Assembly: GCA_045117555.1 (NCBI GenBank)
Contig: JBGUNW010000235.1
Location: forward strand, 1 to 33,306
From: Eubacteriales bacterium
GTDB lineage: Bacteria; Bacillota; Clostridia; Oscillospirales; CAG-272
Length of the DNA stretch: 33,306 nucleotides
Direction: 5' to 3'
Shown here in pieces: positions 1-9,706 of this stretch (its first letter is position 1; each line of letters starts with the position of its first letter). A program made the translations under genes and the position numbers. The notes below the pieces were generated by a model, which saw nothing but the letters and a program-made list of their open reading frames with translations, was not told where the DNA came from and did no database searches.

Positions 1-95
1 TGAAACACGACGGTGTTGTAGAAGGCGGAACGGGGGAGCTGCACAAGGAGCGGGAAGAAGCCGAAAAGAATCATGCGAAAACACCGTTAAAGTTA

Positions 96-920
96 ATGTA
101 CATCACCAATCGGGCAGAGGTTGCTAAAATCGCAACCGACGCCGGCGTTGACCGTATTTTTGTCGATATGGAATACATCGGTAAAGATGAGCGCCAAAAG
201 GGGCTTGATACCGTCAAATCTCACCATACGATTGAAGATATCAAGGCGCTTCGCCCGATCGTGCCGCAAGGCGGACTTTTGGTTCGCGTCAATCCCATCC
301 ATAAGGCGAAGAACGGGCTGATGGGGTCCGAAGCGGAAATTGAAGCAACGATCTCGGCAGGAGCGGATATTATCATGCTCCCGATGTTTCAAACGGCAGA
401 TGAGGTGAGGTACTTTATTTCCCGCGTAGGCGGCCGGGTAAAAACACTGCTGCTGTTGGAAACACCCGCTGCGGTGGAAAATTTGGACGATATTCTGCAA
501 GTGCCCGGAATTGATGAGATCCACATCGGCTTGAACGATCTCCACCTCGCCTGGGGCAGAAAGTTCATGTTTGAACTGCTTGCCGACGGAACGGTAGATC
601 GTATTCTTGAAAAAATCCGGCCGGCCGGAATCCCTTACGGGTTTGGCGGTATAGCAAGAATCGGATACGGCCTTTTGCCGGCGGAGTACGTCATTGCCGA
701 GCATTACCGGTTGGGTTCTTCCATGGCTATTCTTTCACGAAGTTTTTGCAACGCCAATAATATTGACGATTTGAGCATTTTGAAAGACTTGTTTGAAAAA
801 GGCGTTGCCGATATCCGCAAAAAGGAAGAACATTTCAAGGCGTTTTCAAAAAGCGAGTTTGACGATAATCACAGGGAAGTGGAAAGACTGGTAAAATCTA
901 TTCTGGAAAGTCAGGAGTAA
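96..920 (+). CDS. HpcH/HpaI (CitE-like) aldolase family protein
   Basis: TIM-barrel aldolase pattern: VDRIFVDMEY (acidic metal ligand), LLVRVN, GADIIMLPMFQTADEV, LLLLETPAAVENLDDIL, IHIGLNDL. The reading frame stays open from the ATG at 96 back to the left window edge, so the true N-terminus may lie upstream. Confidence 0.6.
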   Translation: MYITNRAEVAKIATDAGVDRIFVDMEYIGKDERQKGLDTVKSHHTIEDIKALRPIVPQGGLLVRVNPIHKAKNGLMGSEAEIEATISAGADIIMLPMFQTADEVRYFISRVGGRVKTLLLLETPAAVENLDDILQVPGIDEIHIGLNDLHLAWGRKFMFELLADGTVDRILEKIRPAGIPYGFGGIARIGYGLLPAEYVIAEHYRLGSSMAILSRSFCNANNIDDLSILKDLFEKGVADIRKKEEHFKAFSKSEFDDNHREVERLVKSILESQE

Positions 921-923
921 TGG

Positions 924-2090
924 ATGCAAACTTCAAAGATCAGAATTTGTGCTATCGCAACCATATCAAAATCTATGGATTGGTTTATGATCGCCTCTAT
1001 GCGCAATCTTGCCAAAAACGGGTTTGACGTAACGTTGATCTGCGATATGGACGAAACGTTTATTGCGCAAAACAGCGATTTTGCCACCTGTATTCCGCTC
1101 AAAATGAGGCGAGGCGCAAAAATCGGCGACCTTTTCCGCGTGATTCGGGAAATGAAAAAAATCTTCCGGCGCGAAAAATTTGACGTGATCTATTACATGA
1201 CGCCGAACGCATCTTTTTACGCGTCTGTGGCAGGCAAGAGCGCCGGTATCAGGCATCGCGTTTACAGCCAATGCGGGCTGCGATACGTTTCTTTTGGCGG
1301 AATCAAACGCATCATTTTCAAGATGATTGAAAAATGGACTTGTAAAAATTCCACGGCGGTGCGTGCGCAAAGCCCGCTGAATAGGGAATTTGCCATTTCA
1401 GAGGGGCTTTGCAAACCAGACAAGATTTCGGTTGTTGGCATTGGCGGAACGATCGGAGTGGACCTTTCTCTTTGCGATTCGTTTGACCATGCCGAAAAGC
1501 GCAAAGAGATCCGGGGAAAATACGGCATTCCGGAGGACGCGTTTGTTTATGGCTTTGTCGGACGCTTGAACGCCGATAAAGGTATTAACGAATTGGTGGA
1601 GGCCTTTGAAAAAGTAAAAATTGAAAATTCCTATTTGCTGCTTGTTGGAATGTATGATAAGGGCAACCCCATCTCGGACGAGAATTTGAAAATTGCAAAC
1701 GAATCGCCGAGAATTATTTTAACCGGGAATGTAGAAAATGAAGAGGTTTATTTCTACATGGTGGCGTTTGACGTTCTGGTACATCCCACTTATCGGGAAG
1801 GTTTTGGAAAGGTGTTGCAGGAGGGGTTGGGGATGTGTCTGCCAATCATCACCACCGACGTTCCCGGACCGAAAGAAGTAATCGAGGACGGCGTTTCGGG
1901 CGCGCTGGTTCCGGCAAAGAACGCTGCCGCGCTGGCGGATAAAATGGTCGAGTTTTATCAAAATCCCGACCTGTGCCGACAATATGCCGTTGCAGGAAGA
2001 AAACGCGCAGAAACCTACTTTGACCGACCGATCATGTTGAACAATATTTTGGAAGATATGAAAAAAATCGTTGGAGCTGCAAATGATTGA
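924..2090 (+). CDS. Glycosyltransferase family 4 (GT-B, group 1)
   Basis: C-terminal E-x7-E region REGFGKVLQEGLGMCLPIITTDVPGPKEVIEDGVSGALVP. AGGAG SD 6 nt upstream of the ATG. Starts 4 nt after the preceding stop. Confidence 0.8.
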   Translation: MQTSKIRICAIATISKSMDWFMIASMRNLAKNGFDVTLICDMDETFIAQNSDFATCIPLKMRRGAKIGDLFRVIREMKKIFRREKFDVIYYMTPNASFYASVAGKSAGIRHRVYSQCGLRYVSFGGIKRIIFKMIEKWTCKNSTAVRAQSPLNREFAISEGLCKPDKISVVGIGGTIGVDLSLCDSFDHAEKRKEIRGKYGIPEDAFVYGFVGRLNADKGINELVEAFEKVKIENSYLLLVGMYDKGNPISDENLKIANESPRIILTGNVENEEVYFYMVAFDVLVHPTYREGFGKVLQEGLGMCLPIITTDVPGPKEVIEDGVSGALVPAKNAAALADKMVEFYQNPDLCRQYAVAGRKRAETYFDRPIMLNNILEDMKKIVGAAND

Positions 2091-3051
2091 TTATCAGAAC
2101 AGCAAACCGTTTTTGGCTGAAAAGAAACGGATCGTCGATCAGCTTACGCAAGTCGGTGTTTCGGCGGAACAGGCCGAAGTGGTAGCCGATTGTTTTGCAA
2201 CTGCCGATCTTTTCGGCGTGACCTCCCACGGAGAAACGGTTTTACCCGCCTATATCAAACGGGTCGAATCCGGCGCGTTCAATTTGAGCCCGTCCTTTCG
2301 GGTAATCAAGGAAACGGCCTCGTTTGCCGTTTTGGATGGCGACAATGCAATCGGTCCCGTGAGTGCGTTGTACTGCTTGCAACACGCAATGAATAAAGCA
2401 AAAACATCCGGCATTTTTTCGTTGCTTTCGCCTCATAACAATACTTTTGGCCCCGCATTTTACTATTCCTTAAAAGCCGCTGAAAATGGGTTGATCGCGC
2501 TTGTAGCGTCCAACAGTCCCGCGCAAATGGCGCCGATAGGCGGAAAAGAAAAGTTGTTGGGAACAAATCCGTTTTCCATTGTGATCCCTGTTCCAAACGG
2601 CGACCCGGTGATGATTGATATGGCGACCAGTGTGGTTGCAAAATCCAAGTTCCGGGAGTATAAAGAGCAGGGAAAACCCTTGCCCCAAGGTTGGGCATTG
2701 GATAGCGACGGCAATCCGACCACCGATCCCGAAGAGGGCTTGAAGGGCTTTGTACTTCCCATGGCGGGTTTTAAGGGATACGGAATTTCTTTGATGATCG
2801 ATTTTTTGTCCGGCTTTCTGTCCGGCTCTTCCTACTTAAATCACGTGGGGAGATTCTATTCCGAAAAGGAAGAGGGCATGAACGTCGGCTTTCTGATCCA
2901 CGTCATCGACCCGCACATCGTTTTCGGGGATGATTATGACAAAAAGATCGCCGTCTATATCGACGAGATCAGAAACAGTCAACCGGCAAACGGAAATACC
3001 GTCGCTCTGCCGGGTGACGACAGATGGTTGTATTTGAAGAAGCAATTATAA
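2083..3051 (+). CDS. Ldh_2 family (malate/L-lactate/sulfolactate dehydrogenase-like) oxidoreductase
   Basis: GVTSHGETVLPAYIKRVESGAFN, GTNPFSIVIP and MAGFKGYGISLMIDFLSG are typical of the Ldh_2 fold. The ORF-track start at 2071 is a TTG. ATG 2083 has a GGAG 6 nt upstream and overlaps the GT4 stop (ATGATTGA). Confidence 0.7.
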   Translation: MIDYQNSKPFLAEKKRIVDQLTQVGVSAEQAEVVADCFATADLFGVTSHGETVLPAYIKRVESGAFNLSPSFRVIKETASFAVLDGDNAIGPVSALYCLQHAMNKAKTSGIFSLLSPHNNTFGPAFYYSLKAAENGLIALVASNSPAQMAPIGGKEKLLGTNPFSIVIPVPNGDPVMIDMATSVVAKSKFREYKEQGKPLPQGWALDSDGNPTTDPEEGLKGFVLPMAGFKGYGISLMIDFLSGFLSGSSYLNHVGRFYSEKEEGMNVGFLIHVIDPHIVFGDDYDKKIAVYIDEIRNSQPANGNTVALPGDDRWLYLKKQL

Positions 3052-3067
3052 TTGAGGGGACAGTCAA

Positions 3068-4042
3068 ATGCAATTCAGCGTAATTTTACCGGTTTATAAT
3101 GTTGAAAAATATTTGGAAGAGTGCGTTGAAAGCATTCTCGTGCAAACTTTTTCGGATTACGAGATCATTCTGGTAGACGACGGTTCTACCGATACGTCGC
3201 CGGCAATTTGCGACGAATACGCCCAAAAGTATGATTTTATCCGCGTAATTCACAAGAAGAACGGCGGACCCGCCGACACCCGTAATTCAGGATCCGAAGC
3301 GGCGCGGGGAGAATATATCGTTTATCTTGACAGCGACGATTTTTTGCTTTCCAACCGTTTTTTGGAAGAGCTGAGCGAACGGGCAAAGGATACCCCGGAC
3401 TTGATTTTTTATAAATACGTCAAGTTTTTTGACGATACCAAACAATACGGCAAATGCGGATTTTCCTATCAATCCGCAATGGAGGCAAATACCTATTCCG
3501 AAAAGATAAAGGCGCTCGTCAAAGCCGACGCTTTTTATGGTATGGCATGGGTCAAAGCCATCCGCAGAACGCTTCTTGAAAAGAACAACATTCAATTTGA
3601 AGTCGGCCTTTCCGGGGAGGATATGGACTGGAACTATTCCGTTATCTCCTGCTCGGAAAGCATTATGCTTTTGGATGAACCAATGGTTGCGTATCGCCAA
3701 AGGTCCGGCTCCATTACTACTACGTATAAGTTTAAAAATCTGGACGATTACGTTTCCATCCTTGAAAAATGGTCAAAAAAGATCAAAGAAGAAACCAAAG
3801 ATGAAACCTTGAAAACCGCCCTTTTCGGTTCACTTGCCAAATATTACAGCAATTTGCTGGTTGTGTATGCGAGATTGAAGGACAAAAAGAAGAAAGAGTG
3901 CAAAAAGCGCATTCAGTCCTTGCGCTGGCTTTTGAAATACAGTATGAGCCGCCGTCCCCAAACGGTTGCAAAAATTTATCGGTTCTGCGGTTTCGGCATA
4001 ACGATTTTCGCGCTCAAAATATTGGATCGTATCAAACATTAA
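3068..4042 (+). CDS. Glycosyltransferase family 2 (GT-A)
   Basis: FSVILPVYNVEKYLEECVESILVQTFSDYEIILVDDGSTDTS followed by a YLDSDD motif. Confidence 0.85.
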   Translation: MQFSVILPVYNVEKYLEECVESILVQTFSDYEIILVDDGSTDTSPAICDEYAQKYDFIRVIHKKNGGPADTRNSGSEAARGEYIVYLDSDDFLLSNRFLEELSERAKDTPDLIFYKYVKFFDDTKQYGKCGFSYQSAMEANTYSEKIKALVKADAFYGMAWVKAIRRTLLEKNNIQFEVGLSGEDMDWNYSVISCSESIMLLDEPMVAYRQRSGSITTTYKFKNLDDYVSILEKWSKKIKEETKDETLKTALFGSLAKYYSNLLVVYARLKDKKKKECKKRIQSLRWLLKYSMSRRPQTVAKIYRFCGFGITIFALKILDRIKH

Positions 4043-4055
4043 CGAGGTGTCAAAT

Positions 4056-5363
4056 ATGGAAAAAAAAGACCTTCCCAAGGTACTTGCCATCTCGTTAAGC
4101 ACCTGGAAAAAGGATAGCGGAATTCATACGCAAACCGATCTGTTTCAATTCTGGAACCCGGATCGCGTGGCACAGATTTATACAAAGTCCGATCTGCCGG
4201 ATACGCCGGTTTGCAATACCTTTTTCCAAATTTCCGAAAATGCCGTTCTTCACAGTGTTTTGAACCGAAAGCCGGTGGGTAGACGGGTTCAAAACGGCGG
4301 TGCGCGCGATGAGAAAGCCGAAGCGGCAGAGGCCGCGCTTTATACCAAGGCACACAAGAAGAAATCCTGGCTGATGACGATTTTGCGCGAGATCGTTTGG
4401 AGTTTGGGGAGATGGAAAACAAAGGCGCTGGATGAGTTTGTCCGCGACGTGAATGCCGATGTGTATTTTGTTCCGATCTATCCGGTCATCTATACGGCAA
4501 AGATCCAGCGATATATCCTCAAAAAGTTTCCCAAGCCGTATGTTTGCTATTTAGCAGACGATAATTATTCCTATAAACCGTGCGGCAAAAATCCGCTGGC
4601 TTTGCTGCACCGCTTTTTTCTTCGCAAATCGGTCAAAAAACTTGCTAAAAATTGTACCGAGATGTTTACCATTACAAAAACCGAGGCAAGAGATACCGAC
4701 AAACTCTTCGGCACGCACAGCGTTGTGCTGACCAAAGGGATTGATTACAGCAATTTGCAGTTTGTCGAGCCGCAGCCGCAAACCCCGGTGCGCATGGTAT
4801 ACACCGGAAATTTGCTCATCGGGCGGGGGAGTTCTCTGGCGGCAATTTCCAAGGCGCTTGCCAATATCAATCGCAATGGTCTCAAAATTACGCTGGATAT
4901 TTACTCTCCTACCGAGCTGGACCCCAAAACAATGAAATTGCTCAATTCCAACGGCTGCACCTTCCATCCGCCGGTTCCCAAACAGGAGGTGGAGGCAATT
5001 CAGCAAAACGCCGACGTGGTTGTTTTTGTGGAATCATTGGAGAAGGCACACCGTTATGCGGCAAGACTGTCTTTCTCCACCAAACTGACCGACTATTTCA
5101 AGAGCGGCAAGTGCATTTTTGCCATTGGGGACGCGACGATCGCCCCCGTCGAATACCTCCGCGAAAATGACGCCGCAATCATTGCAAACGAATACAGCGA
5201 GATTGAAGACCGACTGTTAGAACTTGCTCAAAACCCGGATTTGATTCGCGAATACGGGAAAAAAGCTTTTGAATGCGGCAGGAAAAACCACAGCAAAGAG
5301 ATTGTAAAACAGCGGTTGATCGAAACAATTTCAAGAGCGGCGGGCAAGAAAACTCCCGTATGA
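4056..5363 (+). CDS. Putative GT-B-fold glycosyltransferase (divergent)
   Basis: The C-terminal half resembles group-1 transferases (VRMVYTGNL..., E...ARLSFSTKLTDYFKSGKCIFAIG). The N-terminal half is not recognisable. The ORF-track start at 4047 is a GTG; ATG 4056 has a GAGG 8 nt upstream. Confidence 0.45.
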   Translation: MEKKDLPKVLAISLSTWKKDSGIHTQTDLFQFWNPDRVAQIYTKSDLPDTPVCNTFFQISENAVLHSVLNRKPVGRRVQNGGARDEKAEAAEAALYTKAHKKKSWLMTILREIVWSLGRWKTKALDEFVRDVNADVYFVPIYPVIYTAKIQRYILKKFPKPYVCYLADDNYSYKPCGKNPLALLHRFFLRKSVKKLAKNCTEMFTITKTEARDTDKLFGTHSVVLTKGIDYSNLQFVEPQPQTPVRMVYTGNLLIGRGSSLAAISKALANINRNGLKITLDIYSPTELDPKTMKLLNSNGCTFHPPVPKQEVEAIQQNADVVVFVESLEKAHRYAARLSFSTKLTDYFKSGKCIFAIGDATIAPVEYLRENDAAIIANEYSEIEDRLLELAQNPDLIREYGKKAFECGRKNHSKEIVKQRLIETISRAAGKKTPV

Positions 5364-5394
5364 ACGTCAAAAAACAGGGCCTTTGAGGTGACCA

Positions 5395-6600
5395 ATGAAA
5401 GTAATGCTTATCAACGCCATTGCCGACCGCGGCAGCACCGGCCGCATTTGCGGCGAACTGGCCGAGGGGATCCTTTCCTCCGGGAATGATGTTCGGTTCC
5501 TGTATGCTTCCGGCACCGCTTCCGCCGCATACGCAAAAAAAATCTCCAATGGTTTTTTTATAAAAGCGAATGCGTTGCTTGCCCGGCTTTTCGGCCTGAA
5601 CGGCTACTTTTGCCGGTATTCGACTTCAAAAATCATTCGGGAGGTTAAAACCTACAAGCCCGACGTCATTCATTTACACAATATTCATTCACATTTTTTG
5701 AATCTTCCGCGTTTTTTAAAGTTTGTTCAAAAAAACAGGATTCCATTGGTTATTACTTTACACGATTGCTGGTTTTTTACCGGTAAATGTATGCATTATA
5801 CATCGGCAAAATGCGAGAATTGGAAAACGATCTGCCATGATTGCCCGAAATTGAAACAGAATATTCCGAGTTATTTTTTTGATCGGACGAGTAAGATGTT
5901 CCGGGAAAAATTAAAGGGGTTTAAAGCGTTGGACCGTTTTGGTGCGATCGGCGTTTCCAATTGGATCACAAACGAGGCAAAACAAAGCCCCATTTTGCAA
6001 AACGCAACCTTTACAACAATTTACAATTGGATTGATACCGCGCAATTCCATTCGATGCCGGCAGAATCGTTCAAAGAATCGCTGGGCATTCCAAAGGATA
6101 AAAAGGTGATCGCTTGCGTTTCCAACGACTGGATACCCGGAACAGAACGGTACCGGGATTTATTGAAGCTTTCAAGCATTCTGCCCCCCGAATATGTCAT
6201 TCTGGTTGGCGGAAAGACCAAAACCGGCGATGTTTTTTCCGATAATATTCGACGGTTGGGATATTTGAGCATTCAGAATCTTGCACGGTTGTATTCCAAT
6301 GCCGACGTTTACGTTCACCTTTCCCGCGAGGATACTTTCGGGAAGGTGATTGTGGAAGCACTTGCTTGCGGAACGCCGGTTGTTACCTATGATTCCACTG
6401 TTTATCGGGAAATTGTAAAAGAGCGTTTTCTGGGTATGTGCGTGGAAACGGGCAATTTAGATAAAATGGCGGAGGCGATCCGCACCGTCAGTGAAACAAG
6501 ACCCGATCGGAAAAAACTAACCGCATACGTTGAGGAGCATTTTTCAAGGGAAAAACTGATTTCCGATACGATTGATTTTTATCAAAAAATTTGCAGATAA
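5395..6600 (+). CDS. Glycosyltransferase family 4 (GT-B)
   Basis: MKVMLINAIADRGSTGRI N-terminus. E-x7-E region SREDTFGKVIVEALACGTPVVTYD. GAGGTG SD. Confidence 0.75.
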   Translation: MKVMLINAIADRGSTGRICGELAEGILSSGNDVRFLYASGTASAAYAKKISNGFFIKANALLARLFGLNGYFCRYSTSKIIREVKTYKPDVIHLHNIHSHFLNLPRFLKFVQKNRIPLVITLHDCWFFTGKCMHYTSAKCENWKTICHDCPKLKQNIPSYFFDRTSKMFREKLKGFKALDRFGAIGVSNWITNEAKQSPILQNATFTTIYNWIDTAQFHSMPAESFKESLGIPKDKKVIACVSNDWIPGTERYRDLLKLSSILPPEYVILVGGKTKTGDVFSDNIRRLGYLSIQNLARLYSNADVYVHLSREDTFGKVIVEALACGTPVVTYDSTVYREIVKERFLGMCVETGNLDKMAEAIRTVSETRPDRKKLTAYVEEHFSREKLISDTIDFYQKICR

Positions 6601-6640
6601 ATGTTTTGAAAAAAAAGAACATGAAAGGAGGGAGCAGATT

Positions 6641-7870
6641 GTGGAAAGAACCAATTCAAATTTTGATTTCTTTCACCTTATCATGATTTTGATTTTTACA
6701 ATCAAATATTTGATTTCGTCGGTAACAGATGTAATTCCGTATACTGTATTTTTAGCGTTGGAATTACTTTATTTTGCACTTTGCTTCCTTTTGGAAAAAA
6801 GTTCTGTTCGTTGGATCATGTTTAAAATTGCCTTATTGGTTGTTTTCTTATCTTTCCTGTATTATTTCTTTACGATAACGCATACCGTCAGCACATCGGT
6901 ATCTCATTATAATCTGAAACGATTTATCACAAAATTTAACCAATTTGTCAATTTATTCTTCCCGATTTTACTTTGCAGCAATTATTTCAAATTGAAAAAG
7001 CAATACCGGAATCTGATTTTTGCCGTTGTTCTGACTGCGTTTTCCTATGTGGTCATTCACTCTACCATCGCCTTTGCAAGCGGTCAGGCAACCGCGCGTA
7101 AATGGTCAACTTTTTCGGAATCACAGTTGGAAAACATTGCAACTTATTTCTTCGTATATGCGGCGTCGGCGATGATCCCTGCTGTTTTCGGATTCATTCG
7201 GAAAAACAAAAATCGTGTGCTGAAATTGATTGCCATTGTTTATATCGTGTTGCTGTACGTTTTTCTGTTTACTTCGCAGTACACGCTCTCCATCCTTATT
7301 CCAACCATTTGTATTTTTCTCTCCATTGTTCGGAATGCACGCAGTGCAAAAAAGGTCGTGCTGTTGCTTGCCTTAATGTTAATCGTTATTTTGACGCCGC
7401 TTGCATTGTCCGCGTTGATCAGTGTTATCAATCCCGAAAATCAGATACAATCCCGCCTTTTGTCGGTTTTGGAATTTATTCGAGGAGATGATTCTTTTGG
7501 CTATAATCATCTTTCCGGGCGACTGAACCTTTACAAGCAATGCTTTGAATATTTCTTCAAAAGTCCGTTAATCGGAAATAAAACGGTACCTTTTGACGGC
7601 CACGCAACTTTCTTGACGGTTTTATGCGATCTGGGTCTGCTTGGCACTATTCCCACGTTTGTTTTGTATTTCGGCAGCCGGAAATCGATTCGCGCTATTA
7701 TGAAGAATTCCAAAATGTATTCTTTATGGATTTTCAGCTTTATGGCAATGATTATGACAGGTTTTGTAAATCCGATCCACAGTGCCGAAGTATTGGGTTT
7801 TGCAGTGTTCTTTATCGCACCTGCTTTATTGAAAATAAAATTTGACGGTGAAAAAAATGAGCAAGTATAA
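6641..7870 (+). CDS. Wzy-like O-antigen polymerase/ligase family membrane protein
   Basis: About 10-12 hydrophobic segments. Wzy_C-like motif FDGHATFLTVLCDLGLLG. Very AT-rich. The ORF-track start at 6572 overlaps the previous gene; the in-frame GTG at 6641 follows AAAGGAGGGAG (6624-6634). Confidence 0.6.
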   Translation: MERTNSNFDFFHLIMILIFTIKYLISSVTDVIPYTVFLALELLYFALCFLLEKSSVRWIMFKIALLVVFLSFLYYFFTITHTVSTSVSHYNLKRFITKFNQFVNLFFPILLCSNYFKLKKQYRNLIFAVVLTAFSYVVIHSTIAFASGQATARKWSTFSESQLENIATYFFVYAASAMIPAVFGFIRKNKNRVLKLIAIVYIVLLYVFLFTSQYTLSILIPTICIFLSIVRNARSAKKVVLLLALMLIVILTPLALSALISVINPENQIQSRLLSVLEFIRGDDSFGYNHLSGRLNLYKQCFEYFFKSPLIGNKTVPFDGHATFLTVLCDLGLLGTIPTFVLYFGSRKSIRAIMKNSKMYSLWIFSFMAMIMTGFVNPIHSAEVLGFAVFFIAPALLKIKFDGEKNEQV

Positions 7871-8660
7871 AGTTTGCGGTTACGATATGGAAGTTTTGCA
7901 CGCGCGGCAGTTGGAAATTGCCGCCGAGGTGGATCGGATCTGCCGGGAGAACGGTTTTCGCTATTCGCTTTACGGTGGCTCGGTGATTGGGGCTGTTCGC
8001 CATAACGGGTTTATTCCGTGGGACCACGATATTGATTTGTGCATGCCGCGGAAGGATTACGAAAAGTTCCGCAAATACTGCAAAAAGCATCCGAGCGAAA
8101 AATTCTTTTTCAGCAACTACTATTCCGAAAAAAAATACCCCAACAACTGGGGAAAAATGCGCAGCACCAATACCGTCTTTCAGGAAAAGGAGCTGGTGGG
8201 GCTGGACATTCACAACGGCGTTTTTATTGATATTCACCCAATTGATAATATTCTGCCCGCTTTTTTGAAGTTGCAGGTTAAAATCGCCTCCTTCTGGGCC
8301 TGCGTTCACCATGTCAAAGTGGGCATGCAGTACCCCAAAAACTTCAAGCGGGTTATTTATAAAATTTTCGGCATCCTTCCGCTGCGGCTGATCAATTTTA
8401 ACCGCGATTTTGCCATGAAGCTGTTTGACTGGCTGCCTACAAAGTATGTTTATAAGATCTGCCACCCCAACAATGGCGTTTACCCGATCAAGCGGTCTAC
8501 TTTTGAGGATTTGATCGAGCACAAGTTTGAGGATAAGACCTTCTTTATTCCAAAGGACTATGACGAATTCTTACGCAAGCGATATGGAAACTATATGGAA
8601 TTTCCGCCCGAAGCGGAAGAAACCGAATGTTGTACCTCAATTACCGAGTGTAAACTTTGA
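7857..8660 (+). CDS. licD: LicD family phosphotransferase (phosphocholine or polyol-phosphate transferase)
   Basis: LYGGSVIGAVRHNGFIPWDHDIDLCMPRKDY is the LicD signature. The ORF-track start at 7842 is a TTG; ATG 7857 overlaps the wzy end. Confidence 0.8.
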   Translation: MSKYKVCGYDMEVLHARQLEIAAEVDRICRENGFRYSLYGGSVIGAVRHNGFIPWDHDIDLCMPRKDYEKFRKYCKKHPSEKFFFSNYYSEKKYPNNWGKMRSTNTVFQEKELVGLDIHNGVFIDIHPIDNILPAFLKLQVKIASFWACVHHVKVGMQYPKNFKRVIYKIFGILPLRLINFNRDFAMKLFDWLPTKYVYKICHPNNGVYPIKRSTFEDLIEHKFEDKTFFIPKDYDEFLRKRYGNYMEFPPEAEETECCTSITECKL

Positions 8661-8678
8661 AAACAAGGGGAATTGCAC

Positions 8679-9653
8679 ATGAAAAAATGGGAAATTGACG
8701 TATCCGTGCTGGTCATCTTTTTCCGAAGAGCCGACGCGTTGCAAAAAACATTTGCGGCGGTCAAGGCCGCAAGACCGCGCCGCCTGTTTTTATGGCAAGA
8801 TGGCCCGCGCAACGAATCGGATCTGCCGGGCATTTTGGAATGCCGCAAGATCGTTGAGGAGATTGACTGGGATTGCGAAGTTTACAAAATGTATAACGAA
8901 AAGAATTTCGGTTGTGACCCATCTACCTATTATAGCCACAAATGGGCGTTTTCTATGACCGATAAATGTATTGTATTGGAGGACGACTTTGTTGCAAACA
9001 AAAGTTTCTTTCTTTTTTGCAAGGAACTTTTGGATCGATACGAAAACGACGAGCGCATCAATCATATTTGCGGCATGAATGTGCTGGGGAAATACCGGGA
9101 TTACCCCTATGATTACTTTTTCGGCTATACCGGCACCAACGCATGGGCAAGCTGGAAACGGGTGGTTGACGGTTGGGATGAATCCTATCAATTCCTGCAC
9201 TGCGAACGGGAGTTGAACAACTTGCGGAGGATTTACGGCAAAAAGTTTGACCATTGGCTGAAAGTTGCGCGCCAGCGCGAAACCACCGGCGTTCCGTATT
9301 GGGAGAGCATTCTTTGCTTTGACAGCATTATGAACTCCCGCCTTGCCGTTATTGCAAGCAAAAACATGGTGGAAAATGTAGGGATGACGCAATCTACCCA
9401 TTCGGAAACGCAGTTGAAGTTTTTGACAAAGACCGAAAAAAGGTTGTTCACCCTTCCTACCTACGAGTATGATTTCCCGCTTCGGCACCCGCCGTATGTG
9501 ATTCCGGAGGCAGAGTATTTTCAACAGTTGGATCGTTTTTTTGCAATTGGCCATCCGCTTATTCGCCTGTATCGAAATATTTATCACTTTTTCAAATATA
9601 TTCGATATGGCATTATTTTTAAGAAGATTTGGAAAAAACTCCGCAGAAAGTAA
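8679..9653 (+). CDS. Putative GT-A-fold nucleotide-diphospho-sugar transferase
   Basis: N-terminal beta-alpha-beta (VSVLVIFFRRADALQKTFAAVKAA), WQDGPRN, and an acidic VLEDDF motif. The family call rests on memory of similar capsule-locus proteins only. ATG 8679 is preferred over TTG 8673. Confidence 0.4.
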   Translation: MKKWEIDVSVLVIFFRRADALQKTFAAVKAARPRRLFLWQDGPRNESDLPGILECRKIVEEIDWDCEVYKMYNEKNFGCDPSTYYSHKWAFSMTDKCIVLEDDFVANKSFFLFCKELLDRYENDERINHICGMNVLGKYRDYPYDYFFGYTGTNAWASWKRVVDGWDESYQFLHCERELNNLRRIYGKKFDHWLKVARQRETTGVPYWESILCFDSIMNSRLAVIASKNMVENVGMTQSTHSETQLKFLTKTEKRLFTLPTYEYDFPLRHPPYVIPEAEYFQQLDRFFAIGHPLIRLYRNIYHFFKYIRYGIIFKKIWKKLRRK

Positions 9654-9706
9654 GAGAATGTGTAATTGATCGTGTTGAATAAACAGATAGGGAATAAGAA
9701 ATCAAA

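Noticed and set aside
93-9587. Antisense ORFs in the glycan locus (93-704, 966-1370, 3287-3700, 4551-5006, 7812-8522, 8790-9587).
   Set aside because: All are embedded antisense in ORFs with clear family signatures (aldolase, GT4, GT2, LicD, GT-A). None has an SD or a recognisable motif.
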